A stretch of 63,354 bases of DNA from Rubrobacter sp. (GTDB taxonomy: Bacteria > Actinomycetota > Rubrobacteria > Rubrobacterales > Rubrobacteraceae): NCBI GenBank assembly GCA_013695475.1, contig JACDAJ010000204.1, positions 1-63,354 of the forward strand, written 5' to 3'. Shown piece by piece: positions 25,180 to 34,663 of this stretch; within the stretch, counting starts at the first letter, position 1, and the number at the start of each line of letters is the position of its first letter. The translations under genes and the position numbers were made by a program. The notes under the pieces are model-generated. The model was not told where the DNA came from. It did no database searches and saw nothing but the letters and a program-made list of their open reading frames with translations.

Positions 25180-25932
25180 ATGGAGGCTGGCATGGATTCG
25201 AAGGGGTTTCTCGAAAAGTTGAAGCGGGAGGTCATCGGGCATCCCACGTTGACGCATCCGTTTTTGGAGAGGTTCGCGGAGGGGGATGCCGGCGAAGAGG
25301 GCATCCGTACTTTCGCCATCCAATATTATCGGCACGTCCGGGTGAGTCGTTTGTATTTGGCGTCGCTCATATCGGGGTGTCGGGACGATGAATCGCTCCA
25401 GCTCGCGCTCGCGGAGATACTGCTCGACGAGTACGGTGGTTTGAATCCCGAGGAGACGCATCCCGCGTTGTATCGGCGGTTTATGGATGCGCTCGGGGTT
25501 TCGGAGGAGGAATGGCGGGAGCCTCGGACGTTGCCGGAGATCGAGGCGTATATCTCCGTGCATTACGAATTGTGCCGGAACCCGGACATCCGGCTCGGGC
25601 TGGGGGCGATGGGGCCGGCGAGCGAGTGGCCGGTGCCGCCGATATACGCGAAGCTCTCGGCGGGACTTCGGAAGGCCGCCGGGCTTTCGGACAAAGAACT
25701 CGAGATCTTCATAAGCCACGTGACTATGGACGTGGAGCACGCCCGCATCATGATGGACGCCACCGAGCCGTATGTCCGCGACGAGGCGGGGCAAAGGATC
25801 GTGCGCGAGGGCGCGATGCGTTCCCTCGACGTTCGCGGCATCATGCTCGACGGGCTTTATCAGGCGGTGTACCGGGAGCCGTCGCCGTTTCGCCCGGACG
25901 TGTCGCTGCGGGTGGTGGGGGAGCCTTCGTAA
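25180..25932 (+). CDS. Iron-containing redox enzyme family protein (heme-oxygenase-like / TenA-PqqC-like fold)
   Basis: The ATG at 25180 is 5 nt after GGAGG. ...HPFLERFAEGD...IQYYRHVRVSRLYLA...ILLDEYGG...HPALYRRFMDALG...ISHVTMDVEHA... Confidence 0.7.
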   Translation: MEAGMDSKGFLEKLKREVIGHPTLTHPFLERFAEGDAGEEGIRTFAIQYYRHVRVSRLYLASLISGCRDDESLQLALAEILLDEYGGLNPEETHPALYRRFMDALGVSEEEWREPRTLPEIEAYISVHYELCRNPDIRLGLGAMGPASEWPVPPIYAKLSAGLRKAAGLSDKELEIFISHVTMDVEHARIMMDATEPYVRDEAGQRIVREGAMRSLDVRGIMLDGLYQAVYREPSPFRPDVSLRVVGEPS

Positions 25933-26154
25933 AAGGCGGAAGCGTGGGGGCATCGCTTCGGAGGACGGGAAAAGCGGGGGATCGAGACGCTCGCCGCCGA
26001 AGCCCCGTCCGAGTTCGTCGGGCGGGAAGGTGAAGGTGTCGAAAAAAAGAGAGTCGGGAAAACCCCGACCCCCCGTCTCCGACACTTCATACCGGGTTCG
26101 GGTGAATGGTTCGCATCTTTCGCCTTACGAGCGAGATCGCCGGGTACGGGATTC

Positions 26155-26177
26155 TTCACCCGGACTCGGTATCACTC
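26155..26177. repeat. Dispersed repeat family R2 copy
   Basis: ttcacccggactcggtatcactc; the vapC stop codon lies inside it. The wider match GTACGGGATTCTTCACCCGGACTCGGTATCAC (26143-26177) aligns with 14727-14760. Confidence 0.6.
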
Positions 26178-26570
26178 GAAAAGTTCGATGTTTGCGCGAT
26201 GTCCCGAGGAGCGGGCGAGCGGGCCGTCGGTGGTTATGAGGGGCGCGCCGAGGGTTTCGGCGAGGGCGATGTACGCCGCGTCGTAGGCGGCGACGTTCTC
26301 GCGTAGTTCCCATATGCGTTCGATAAACGGCGTGTGTGGATGGCGGGTGAGTTTCATGGTGGAAAGACGATACAACGCGATCTTCGATCGTTCCTCGGAG
26401 AGGAGGCCGCGCAAGTATTCGCGTCGAAGTGTATGGAGAACCTCGACCTCGAAGAGATGCGGCACGCGAACGCCGTCGTAGTCTTCGGCTTCGATCCTTG
26501 CCCGAATTCTGGCCGACGCGCCAATGTTGAGAAGCACGTCCACCGCCGCCGAGGCATCGAGGACGATCAC
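26172..26570 (-). CDS. vapC: PIN-domain ribonuclease toxin VapC
   Basis: MIVLDASAAVDVLL...AAYDAAYIALAETLGAPLITTD... Confidence 0.85.
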   Translation of the reverse strand: MIVLDASAAVDVLLNIGASARIRARIEAEDYDGVRVPHLFEVEVLHTLRREYLRGLLSEERSKIALYRLSTMKLTRHPHTPFIERIWELRENVAAYDAAYIALAETLGAPLITTDGPLARSSGHRANIELFE

Positions 26571-26575
26571 GGCGT

Positions 26576-26860
26576 CTATCCGAGGTCGCGCGGATCGTCG
26601 GCGTCGCGGAAGCGCCGGATCGTCGCGGCGGACGGTTCATCAAGTTCGACCGGCTCGTCGCGGCTGACTTTATCAAGCCACTCTTTCATCGTCGGCTTCC
26701 CGGCGTTTTGCTTCTCTTCCGCCGTCCGTTCTTCCTCCGTCATCCGCTCCATCTCCGAAAGCAAATAGTCCGAGAGCGTCATCCCACTCTTCGCCGCCCG
26801 GACTTTCAAGGTTTTGTGCAATTCGTCCGGCACATTCCGTATTTGAATCGTCTTCGCCAT
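26576..26860 (-). CDS. vapB: RHH-type antitoxin (FitA/VapB-like)
   Basis: MAKTIQIRNVPDELHKTLKVRAAKSGMTLSDYLL..., directly upstream of vapC. Confidence 0.8.
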   Translation of the reverse strand: MAKTIQIRNVPDELHKTLKVRAAKSGMTLSDYLLSEMERMTEEERTAEEKQNAGKPTMKEWLDKVSRDEPVELDEPSAATIRRFRDADDPRDLG

Positions 26861-26939
26861 GTCGAAATATTAGCGCACGCACGGAACATGCGAATCCGTT
26901 TCACAGCGCGGGTTTGGCGGCGCGGTGTATAAAAAGAGC

Positions 26940-27800
26940 ATGCCCGAACTCCCCGAAGTCGAGACGATAAAGGAGGACATCCGCGAACTCGTCGTCGGGG
27001 CGAAGGTCGAGAGTGCGGAAGTCCTCGACCGGAGCCTCGTCGAGCATCCGAGTGTCGAGGATTTCGAGCGGCGCATCGAGGGCGCGGAGATAGTCGGCGC
27101 GAGTCGGCGGGCGAAGCATCTCGTCGTCGAACTCGACTCCGGCGATTCGGTGGTTTTCCAATTGAAGATCGGAGGCCAGTTTCTTCTCGTCCCTCCCGCC
27201 CGGGAGCCGAAGACGAACCTCATGCTCGTTCTTCGGCTCGCCGACGGTCGGAGTGTTTTCCTCCGGGACGAGACGGGATACACGCGGGCGCAAATTTATA
27301 CGCCGGAGGAACTCGAAGAACGTTTCGCCGACCTCGGGCCGGAGCCGCTGACATCGGAGGAGTTCACGAGCGCGTATTTGAAAGAGAAGGTCGGCTCGCG
27401 GAGGGCGCAGATCAAGCCGCTCCTCCTCGATCAGAAAATCGTCTCCGGCATCGGCAATATTTATGTGGACGAACTCCTCTTCGACGCGAAAGTCCATCCC
27501 CGGCGGAAGGCGAACTCGCTTTCGGATGGCGAGTGGGAGGAAGTTTATTCGGCCATTTTGGAGAATCTGCGAGAAGGAATATTTCATCGCGGGACGACGT
27601 TCAGTTTGTATCGGGATCTCCTCGGTCGGAATGGGTCGCATCAAAACCATCTCAAAGTTTTTCTGCGCGAAGGTGAGGATTGTCCGCGTTGCGGGGTAAA
27701 GATAGCGAGAGAGAAGGTCGGAGGCCGGGCGACGTTCCTTTGTCCGGCGTGTCAGCGGGAGGATGGTTCGGCAGATAATGGGCAGTTAGAATTGATTTAA
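26940..27800 (+). CDS. mutM: Formamidopyrimidine-DNA glycosylase
   Basis: The catalytic N-terminus MPELPEVE starts at 26940 inside ORF 26925..27800. C-terminal zinc finger CPRCG...CPACQ. Confidence 0.9.
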   Translation: MPELPEVETIKEDIRELVVGAKVESAEVLDRSLVEHPSVEDFERRIEGAEIVGASRRAKHLVVELDSGDSVVFQLKIGGQFLLVPPAREPKTNLMLVLRLADGRSVFLRDETGYTRAQIYTPEELEERFADLGPEPLTSEEFTSAYLKEKVGSRRAQIKPLLLDQKIVSGIGNIYVDELLFDAKVHPRRKANSLSDGEWEEVYSAILENLREGIFHRGTTFSLYRDLLGRNGSHQNHLKVFLREGEDCPRCGVKIAREKVGGRATFLCPACQREDGSADNGQLELI

Positions 27801-27837
27801 TGGCGACAATGGACGTGGAAAGAAAAGAGGAGGGAAA

Positions 27838-29334
27838 GTGGCTGAACAATTCGATCTCGTAGTCATCGGCGGCGGGAACGGTGGATATATACCGGCGATC
27901 CGGGCGAGCCAGCTCGGGATGAGCGTCGCAATCATCGAGAAGCGCGAGGGGGGGCACCTCGGCGGGACGTGCCTGAACCTGGGGTGCATCCCGACGAAGG
28001 CGCTCCTCCAAACCGCGCACATGCTCCACGACGCCCGCAACGGCGAGGAGTTCGGCGTGAAGACCGGAGGCGTCGAGTTCGACTACCCGGCCGCGGCGAA
28101 GAGGCGCGAGAAAGTCGTCGGGCAACTCCGGCAAGGCGTTCAAGGTTTGATGAAGAAAAACAAAGTAACCGTATACAACGGCACGGGGAGCTTCGTCGAG
28201 CCGAAGAAGATAAAGGTCGAGCCGAACGACGGGTCGGAAACCGTGGAGCTTGAGGCGAAGAACGTCCTCATCTCGACGGGAAGCGCGGTGAGCACGTTGC
28301 CGGGCCTCGAGTTCGACGGGGACCGCGTCATCTCCTCGGACGACATCGTCACCGAGAACGACGAGTATCCGGAGTCGGTCATCATCCTCGGGAGCGGGGC
28401 CGTCGGGGTCGAGTTCGCGAGCATGTACGACGACTTCGGGACGGACGTGACGGTCGTCGAGCTTCTCGACCGGATCGTCCCGAGCGAAGACCCGGAGATC
28501 TCCGCCGAACTCGCCAAAGCCTTCGACAAACGCGGCATACGCTGCCTCACCGGGGTGAAGGCCGACCCCGACACCCTCGAAAAGACCGACTCGGGCGTGA
28601 AGATAAAAGTCTCCGACGCCGGGGGCGGCGAGAAGGAAGAAGCCGAGGGCGAAGGCGGAAGCTATGGCGGCGAGGACATCCCCGCTGGCGAAGCCGATGG
28701 CGACGGCGAGACCCTCGAAGCCGAGACGCTCCTCGTGGCCGTCGGGCGGAAGACCGTCACCGAGGATTTGAACCTCGACGTCACGAACGTCGAACTCACC
28801 GAAAAGGGCGTCATCGAGGTGGACGAGTTTTATCGGACGGGCGAGGACGGCGTGTACGCCGCCGGGGACGTCGTCGGCGGATACTGGCTGGCGCACGCCG
28901 CCGGGCATGAGGGCATCGTCGCCGTCGAGCACATGGCCGGGGAGGAGCCGATGCCCCTCGATCAAAACCTCGTCCCTCGCGTTACGTTCTGCCGCCCCGA
29001 GGTCGCCTCGTTCGGCCTCACACAAGAACAGGCCGAGGACGAGGGATATGAAGTCCGGGTCGGCAAATTCCCCTTCCGGGCCATTGGGAAGGCTCTCATC
29101 GAGGGCGAGCCGGACGGTTTCGTGAAGGTCGTCGCGGACGAGGAGACGGATCTCATACTCGGGATGCACGCCATCGGGCCGAAGGTCACGGACCTCATCG
29201 CCGAGGGGGTGTTCGCGAAGATGGTCGAGGGTACGCCGGAGGAGATCGGGATGACCGTCCACGCGCATCCCTCGCTCGCCGAGGTCATGGCCGAGGCTGC
29301 GATGGCGACCGACGGACACGCGATTCATTTTTAA
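27838..29334 (+). CDS. lpdA: Dihydrolipoyl dehydrogenase (E3)
   Basis: ...VVIGGGNGGY...GGTCLNLGCIPTKALL... and a C-terminal HAHPSLAE. Contains an acidic ~35-aa insertion (AGGGEKEEAEGEGGSYGGEDIPAGEADGDGE). Confidence 0.92.
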   Translation: MAEQFDLVVIGGGNGGYIPAIRASQLGMSVAIIEKREGGHLGGTCLNLGCIPTKALLQTAHMLHDARNGEEFGVKTGGVEFDYPAAAKRREKVVGQLRQGVQGLMKKNKVTVYNGTGSFVEPKKIKVEPNDGSETVELEAKNVLISTGSAVSTLPGLEFDGDRVISSDDIVTENDEYPESVIILGSGAVGVEFASMYDDFGTDVTVVELLDRIVPSEDPEISAELAKAFDKRGIRCLTGVKADPDTLEKTDSGVKIKVSDAGGGEKEEAEGEGGSYGGEDIPAGEADGDGETLEAETLLVAVGRKTVTEDLNLDVTNVELTEKGVIEVDEFYRTGEDGVYAAGDVVGGYWLAHAAGHEGIVAVEHMAGEEPMPLDQNLVPRVTFCRPEVASFGLTQEQAEDEGYEVRVGKFPFRAIGKALIEGEPDGFVKVVADEETDLILGMHAIGPKVTDLIAEGVFAKMVEGTPEEIGMTVHAHPSLAEVMAEAAMATDGHAIHF

Positions 29335-29370
29335 GCCAGTCAGCCGTCGGCTATCAGCCGTCAGCTTTTC

Positions 29371-29402
29371 GCCGCGCCTCTTTTGGAAGGGGCGCGGTTT
29401 TT
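29371..29402 (+). terminator. Intrinsic terminator after lpd
   Basis: GCCGCGCC-tcttttggaagg-GGCGCGG followed by TTTTT. Confidence 0.7.
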
Positions 29403-29428
29403 CGGGAGGGCTTGAAAAGGGAGGGCGC

Positions 29429-29644
29429 ATGATGTCGGATCGAGTGCGGATGTATCACGCGACGGGACTTCTTCTTTGCGCGGTCCTCGCGCTCACCGGG
29501 ATCCTCGCTTTCGCATCCGGCGTCGAAGCCGTGTGGCTCGCCGTTCCGGGACTCGGGAGCGCGCTCGTTTTATGGGCGACCGGAGCCATCCTCGCCGCGT
29601 CGGGATTGTCGGGGATCCGCCGCTCCCGCACGGAGACGAAATAG
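29429..29644 (+). CDS. Small membrane protein (2 TM), hypothetical
   Basis: MMSDRVRMYHATGLLLCAVLALTGILAFASGVEAVWLAVPGLGSALVLWATGAILAASGL...; high GC3. Confidence 0.5.
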   Translation: MMSDRVRMYHATGLLLCAVLALTGILAFASGVEAVWLAVPGLGSALVLWATGAILAASGLSGIRRSRTETK

Positions 29645-30339
29645 CGAACGAAGCCCCGAAAAGCTCGGAGACTTTCGATCCCACCCGCGACGGTTTCGGC
29701 TTCAAAAATCCACTCGGGATGGCTCCGAAAAGAGATCCGAACGGCGGAAAAACTTTCCTCCGCCGCCTCGACCCCTTTTTATACGGAAACGGTCTTTGCC
29801 TCGGAATGGCCGCCGCCGCACTCCTCGGATTCTCGAAAAACCCGAACGCGGAAGGCGCGAACGCGGAAGGCGCGAACGCGGGACGACTTTCGGAGCTTCC
29901 GCTCTCCCCCGAGATTCTCGATGAACTCTTCGTTCTCCATGCCCGCCAGTTTCGTCCGAAGGCCATACTCGCGGTCGTCCTCGACTGGTTGAAAAACGGC
30001 GGTGGGAAGCCGGACGGGGTTCCACGTCGGATTCGGCTCCCGGAGGGCGGCGACCCGCATGGCGACCCGCACATACTTTGCTTCGGCCCGAGGATGAATC
30101 GGGGCTTCTTCCGGTGCATGCGGCACGCTCACGCCGTCGTTCCGTACCGAATCGAAAATGCGCCGGACGAGTCTCGTGTTTTCGTATATGACCCGAATTA
30201 TCCGAAGAGCCGGAGCCGATATGTTTCCTTCGGGCGGGATGGGGGGTTCCGGTATGGTGGGTTTTCATCGGAGGGTGGGTGGGGGATCACTTTGCTTCCG
30301 CTCTCCGCGATTTCCCCGATTGGAGGGCGGCCCATATGA
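29572..30339 (+). CDS. Hypothetical protein with a Cys...His...Asp/Asn arrangement (possible papain-fold cysteine peptidase); start uncertain
   Basis: ...FDPTRDGFGFKNP...YGNGLCLGMAAAALL...HAHAVVPYRI...VFVYDPNYP... The coding-looking sequence begins right after the stop of the small ORF, but the only canonical starts are ATG 29572 (73-nt overlap) or ATG 29719. Confidence 0.45.
   Translation: MGDRSHPRRVGIVGDPPLPHGDEIANEAPKSSETFDPTRDGFGFKNPLGMAPKRDPNGGKTFLRRLDPFLYGNGLCLGMAAAALLGFSKNPNAEGANAEGANAGRLSELPLSPEILDELFVLHARQFRPKAILAVVLDWLKNGGGKPDGVPRRIRLPEGGDPHGDPHILCFGPRMNRGFFRCMRHAHAVVPYRIENAPDESRVFVYDPNYPKSRSRYVSFGRDGGFRYGGFSSEGGWGITLLPLSAISPIGGRPI
29844..29883 (+). repeat. 15-bp in-frame tandem repeat (NAEGA x ~2.5)
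   Basis: gaacgcggaaggcgc gaacgcggaaggcgc gaacgcggga. Confidence 0.8.
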
Positions 30340-30685
30340 GCGGAATTTGGAGCGGAACCCTCACCCACGCCACGATGCTTTGCCACGAGGATGCACCATA
30401 TTCGCCCGACATATCGGCGGCCATTTGTATGTTCGCCGGAAGGATGGCGACGAGAAGAACGACGCTCGCCGCCGCGGCCCATCGTCTCCGAGCGAAGAGT
30501 CCGGCGGCGCATACGAGTTCCGCCGCGCCGCTCGCATAGACGAGCGTCTCCGGCACGGGGAGGAAGCGTGGGACGATCCCGGCGAACGTCTCGGGCCGGA
30601 CGAAGTGAAGCACGCCGCTCGTCGCGAATATGGCGGCGAGCGCGTTCGGAGCGAGCTTTCGTATCGTATTCATAATCTCCATCAT
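30287..30685 (-). CDS. DoxX-like membrane protein
   Basis: MMEIMNTIRKLAPNALAAIFATSGVLHFVRPETFAGIVPRFLP...LLVAILPANIQMA... Internal Met of ORF 30287..30790. Confidence 0.6.
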   Translation of the reverse strand: MMEIMNTIRKLAPNALAAIFATSGVLHFVRPETFAGIVPRFLPVPETLVYASGAAELVCAAGLFARRRWAAAASVVLLVAILPANIQMAADMSGEYGASSWQSIVAWVRVPLQIPLIWAALQSGKSRRAEAK

Positions 30686-31038
30686 ATGATACGCAGTCCG
30701 GTCGAGAGTTCCGGTCTTCGGGATTCGGGCGGACGAAAGCCGCGAATCGAAGAAAAGCTGCGAGTCGCGTTCCTCGATTCGCGCCGCCAAAGGTGCGCGG
30801 AGGCGACTGGCCGGGCGCCGTATGACCTCCTTCTCTTCGCGGCGATGTTTGCGGGAATTGCCTTCCGCCGCGCCGACGAGGCGAAAAGCTGACGAGCGCG
30901 AAGCGAATGCGAAGCAAAGCGCGTGCTCGGCGAAGCCGCCAGTCGAAGCCGCTCGTTGTGATTCCGCGAACGACCGTGTTTTGTGGTTGGGTTAATATAC
31001 GGTCGTTGGCGAAGGCTCACGGGAACGGAGCGACAAGC

Positions 31039-32067
31039 GTGGCTCGGAAAAAGATAAACATAAACGTCCTCGAGAACGGGGCGAAGACCTTCGAGGTTCG
31101 GCATTCGTGGGAGGGGAGCAAAGTCCCCCCGCCGCCGGACGGAACCCCGACGGAATATCTCCCGTTCAAGCAAGAGCGCGGCAAGCACGGTCGCCCCGAC
31201 TGGCTGAAGGCGAAGGTTCCGGACGGCGAGACGTACCGGGAGATAAAGGACACGATGCGCGGCCTCGGCCTCCACACCGTGTGCGAGGAGGCGCGGTGTC
31301 CGAACATCGGCGAATGCTGGAACAACCGGACCGCGACGTTCATGATCCTCGGCAACGTATGCACCCGGAGTTGTGGATTTTGCGCCGTCCTCACAGGCAA
31401 ACCAACGGAACTCGACCTCGACGAGCCGCGCCGCGTCGCCGACGCCGCGAAGCAAATGGGACTCAAGCACGCCGTCATAACGAGCGTGAACCGCGACGAA
31501 CTGAAAGACGGCGGCGCTTCCATCTTCGCCGAGACGATACAGGCGATACGCGAAGAAATTCCCGGTTGCGCCGTGGAGGTTCTCACACCGGATTTCAAGG
31601 GCGGCCGGGATGCGATCCAAACCGTCATCGCCGCCCGCCCGGATACTTTCAACCACAACATCGAGACGGTTCCGCGGCTTTATCCGGCGGTTCGTCCGCA
31701 GGCGAGGTATCGGCGTTCGCTCGAAGTCCTCAAATATGCGAAGTCCATAAACCCGGACGGACTCACGAAGAGCGGTTTCATGCTCGGCCTCGGCGAGGTC
31801 GAAGAAGAGGTCATCGAGACGATGCGCGACCTCCGCGAGCATGACGTGGATATTTTGACCATCGGGCAGTATCTCCGTCCGTCGGAGAATCATTTGCCGA
31901 TGGTTCGGTATGCGAAGCCCGCCGAGTTCGCCGAGTATCGGAAGCGCGGCGTCGAGATGGGGTTCTCGCACGTCGAGAGCGGGCCTCTCGTCCGGAGTTC
32001 GTACCATGCCCACGAGCAAACCGACGGCGCGCGCGCCCACGCGACGGCGTCGTCCGCGAGCGTATAG
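31039..32067 (+). CDS. lipA: Lipoyl synthase
   Basis: The GTG at 31039 is in frame within ORF 30907..32067. Clusters CEEARCPNIGEC and CTRSCGFC. Confidence 0.9.
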   Translation: MARKKININVLENGAKTFEVRHSWEGSKVPPPPDGTPTEYLPFKQERGKHGRPDWLKAKVPDGETYREIKDTMRGLGLHTVCEEARCPNIGECWNNRTATFMILGNVCTRSCGFCAVLTGKPTELDLDEPRRVADAAKQMGLKHAVITSVNRDELKDGGASIFAETIQAIREEIPGCAVEVLTPDFKGGRDAIQTVIAARPDTFNHNIETVPRLYPAVRPQARYRRSLEVLKYAKSINPDGLTKSGFMLGLGEVEEEVIETMRDLREHDVDILTIGQYLRPSENHLPMVRYAKPAEFAEYRKRGVEMGFSHVESGPLVRSSYHAHEQTDGARAHATASSASV

Positions 32068-32073
32068 CGAACG

Positions 32074-32745
32074 GTGGAACTCGAAAAGCGAGTCTCCGAA
32101 GCCGCCGAAGCCGCCCTCGATGTCCGGCGGCTTCCGGGACTCGCTCCGTATGGCGAGGCGTGGGAGATGCAAAAAGATATGGTGCGCCTTCGGAAGCGCG
32201 ACGAGGTTCCCGACACGCTTTTTCTCCTCGAACATAGTCCGGTTTTCACGGTGGGCCGGGCGGCGGCGGACGCTTCGAACCTCGGGGCGGGGGAGGAATA
32301 TTTGCGTTCTCTCGGGGCGGAGGTTTTTTGGAGCGACCGCGGGGGGGACGCGACGTTCCACGGGCCGGGGCAGATCGTCGGGTATCCGATCCTCCGCCTC
32401 AAAGGCCGGGACACGCACAAATATTTGCGCGACCTCGAAGGGGTCATCGTGGAGGTTCTTTCGGAGTATGGACTCGAAGGGTGGCATCATCCCGAGTATA
32501 CGGGGGTGTGGGTGGGGGAGAGGAAGGTATGTGCGATCGGGGTGAAGTTCTCGTCTGGCTGGATCACCTCCCACGGCTTCGCGCTCAACGTTTCGACCGA
32601 CCTTTCGTGGTTCGAGAGGATCACACCGTGCGGCATTCGGGAGTTTGGTGTGACGAGCCTCGAAAGGGAACTCGGAAGAAGCGTTCCCCTCTCCGAGGTC
32701 GAGGAAAAGATCGTTTCGTGCTTCTCGCGCCGCTTCGGAGGATAA
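32074..32745 (+). CDS. lipB: Octanoyltransferase
   Basis: ...LLEHSPVFTVGR...RGGDATFHGPGQIVGYPIL...KVCAIGVK...SHGFALNV... Confidence 0.9.
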   Translation: MELEKRVSEAAEAALDVRRLPGLAPYGEAWEMQKDMVRLRKRDEVPDTLFLLEHSPVFTVGRAAADASNLGAGEEYLRSLGAEVFWSDRGGDATFHGPGQIVGYPILRLKGRDTHKYLRDLEGVIVEVLSEYGLEGWHHPEYTGVWVGERKVCAIGVKFSSGWITSHGFALNVSTDLSWFERITPCGIREFGVTSLERELGRSVPLSEVEEKIVSCFSRRFGG

Positions 32746-33003
32746 GTATGCACATCACCCGGAAGTTTCTGGAAAACCTTTCAAAAATACGTAAATTGAG
32801 TGATACGTTTGGCGAGGTTCGGGGATAATATAGTCTGCGTTACGTAACCGGGGCGGGATCTCCCCCTACATTCCCTGCCCGCCCCGTCTGATTATCTTCG
32901 GAAGTCCGACTCAATTTAGTATCCTGATTTTATAACCCGGCTTTAATACTCGTAATAACAAGGTCTGCTAGGATGCTGGCGCGAAAGACGATCCAAAGGG
33001 GAA

Positions 33004-34251
33004 ATGATGGCTCTCAAGCGGCAGACATTCGTTGTTTTTGCGACTTTGATCCCGGCTTTAGCTTTGCTCATGTTCGCGGCCTCGGTGAGATCCTAGCCCG
33101 CCGAGGATGCGGTTGACGAGGATGCCTCCGGCGCACGGTATGCCGCCGGGGGACTCGTCGTCGTTTACGAAGAGGGCGAGCAAAAACCCCTCGCTTCCGT
33201 CGGACGCGCCCTCTCCTCCGTGGAGGAGGCCGCCGGTGCCGAGTTGGCGGAGGACATGCCGGACATTGACGCGCAAGTCGTGGAGTTCCCCGAGGTGAAA
33301 GGGGACGCCTCTCAAAATTCGCGCGAGGGTTCCCTCGAAGAGATGAAGAGCGAACTCGAGGACAGTCCGGGGGTCGAGGAGGTTTATTACAACTATGTTC
33401 GCACCGGGACCCAGGCGACGAACGACCCGAGGTTCGGCCAGCAATATGGCCTTCGGAAGACGGGGTTTCCGACAGCGTGGAAGCGGCACCCACGCGGCGT
33501 GAAGGTCGCCGTCGTGGATAGTGGGGTGGCTGCGGGGCATCCGGATCTCCGGGGGAAAGTCGTGGCGGGGTATGACTTCCACAACAACAACGCTTCGGTC
33601 GAGGATCTCAACGGCCACGGCACCCACATAGCGGGGATCATCGCGGCGAAGACAAGCAACGGGGTCGGGGTGGCGAGCGGCTGCCCGAAATGCACGATAG
33701 TCGCGGCGAAGGCTTTGGACAAGAACTTGAGCGGCTTCGACTCGAACATAGCCCGCGCCATAAACTGGAGCGTGAACAACGGCGCGAAGGTGGTCAACCT
33801 CTCGCTCGGGAGCGACGAGGGCGAGAAGAGCGTCCTCAAACGCTCCATTGACTACGCGAGGAGCAAAGGCGCGGTCGTCGTGGTCGCGGGCGGCAATTAC
33901 GGTGACAACCGCCGCGTGTGGCCCGCCGTCTATGACAACGTCGTCTCCGTTTCGTACACCGACGCGAGGGATGTGAGGTCTCGGAACTCGAGCTTTGGCG
34001 GCTGGATCGACATGGCGGCTCCGGGCGTGAATATCGTCTCGACCGTTCCGGGCGGTTACCAGGCGAAGTCCGGGAGCAGCTTCTCGGCTCCGCATGCCGC
34101 CGCCCTCGCGGGCGTCCTCCTCGGACAGAACCGCAGCCCCGGCATTGTCATAAGGCGCATGAAGCTGACCGCCAACGACATCGGGCCTCGCGGCCGCGAT
34201 GCTTTCTACGGATACGGTCGCATAAACGCCGAAAGGGCCAGCCGCCGCTGA
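33004..34251 (+). pseudogene. Subtilisin-like serine protease (S8) interrupted by an in-frame TAG at 33094-33096
   Basis: ATG 33004: MMALKRQTFVVFATLIPALALLMFAASVRS-TAG-PAEDAVDEDASG... continues in the same frame into a propeptide and catalytic domain (VAVVDSG..., HGTHIAG..., SGSSFSAPH). The ORF track only shows 33220..34251. Confidence 0.7.
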
Positions 34252-34263
34252 ACGTGCCTTTAT

Positions 34264-34302
34264 AGCGCATGCCGGAGAACCTTTTCCGGCGTGCGCTCTT
34301 TT
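34264..34302 (+). terminator. Intrinsic terminator after the S8 gene
   Basis: AGCGCATGCCGG-agaacctttt-CCGGCGTGCGCT followed by CTTTT. Confidence 0.75.
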
Positions 34303-34354
34303 GCCTCGCACAGAATCCGGTCGGTACGAAAGGTCGCCATGTTCGCCTGGAATT

Positions 34355-34377
34355 ACTCACCCGGACTCGGTATCCGG
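34355..34377. repeat. Dispersed repeat family R2 copy
   Basis: actcacccggactcggtatccgg, at the 5-prime break of the RTX-like remnant. Confidence 0.55.
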
Positions 34378-34650
34378 CGGAAAGCAAGGGAACGACTCCA
34401 TATACGGCTCCTCCGGCGCGGATCGCATCTCGGGCGGCTCCGGAGGCGACGCTCTCTATGGCGGCGGCGGCTCCGATGTCCTCGTCGGCAACGGTGGGCA
34501 ATATTTCATAAGCGGCGATGATGGAAACGATCGCATCATCGCCGACGAAGGGAACCGGGGCTGGATCCCATGCGGCCCCGGCTTTGATACCGTCCGGGCC
34601 GACCCGGACGACGTCGTGGACAGAACGTGCGGAACGGAGACGATATATCC
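34372..34650 (+). pseudogene. 5-prime-truncated remnant of a calcium-binding (RTX/hemolysin-type GGxGxD repeat) protein
   Basis: ...GNDSIYGSSGADRISGGSGGDALYGGGGSDVLVGNGG...GDDGNDRIIAD...CGPGFDTVRADPDDVVDRTCGTE. No signal peptide or N-terminal domain. The reading frame runs on into the antisense of the next gene. Confidence 0.4.
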
Positions 34651-34663
34651 GGCCTCTCCTTTT

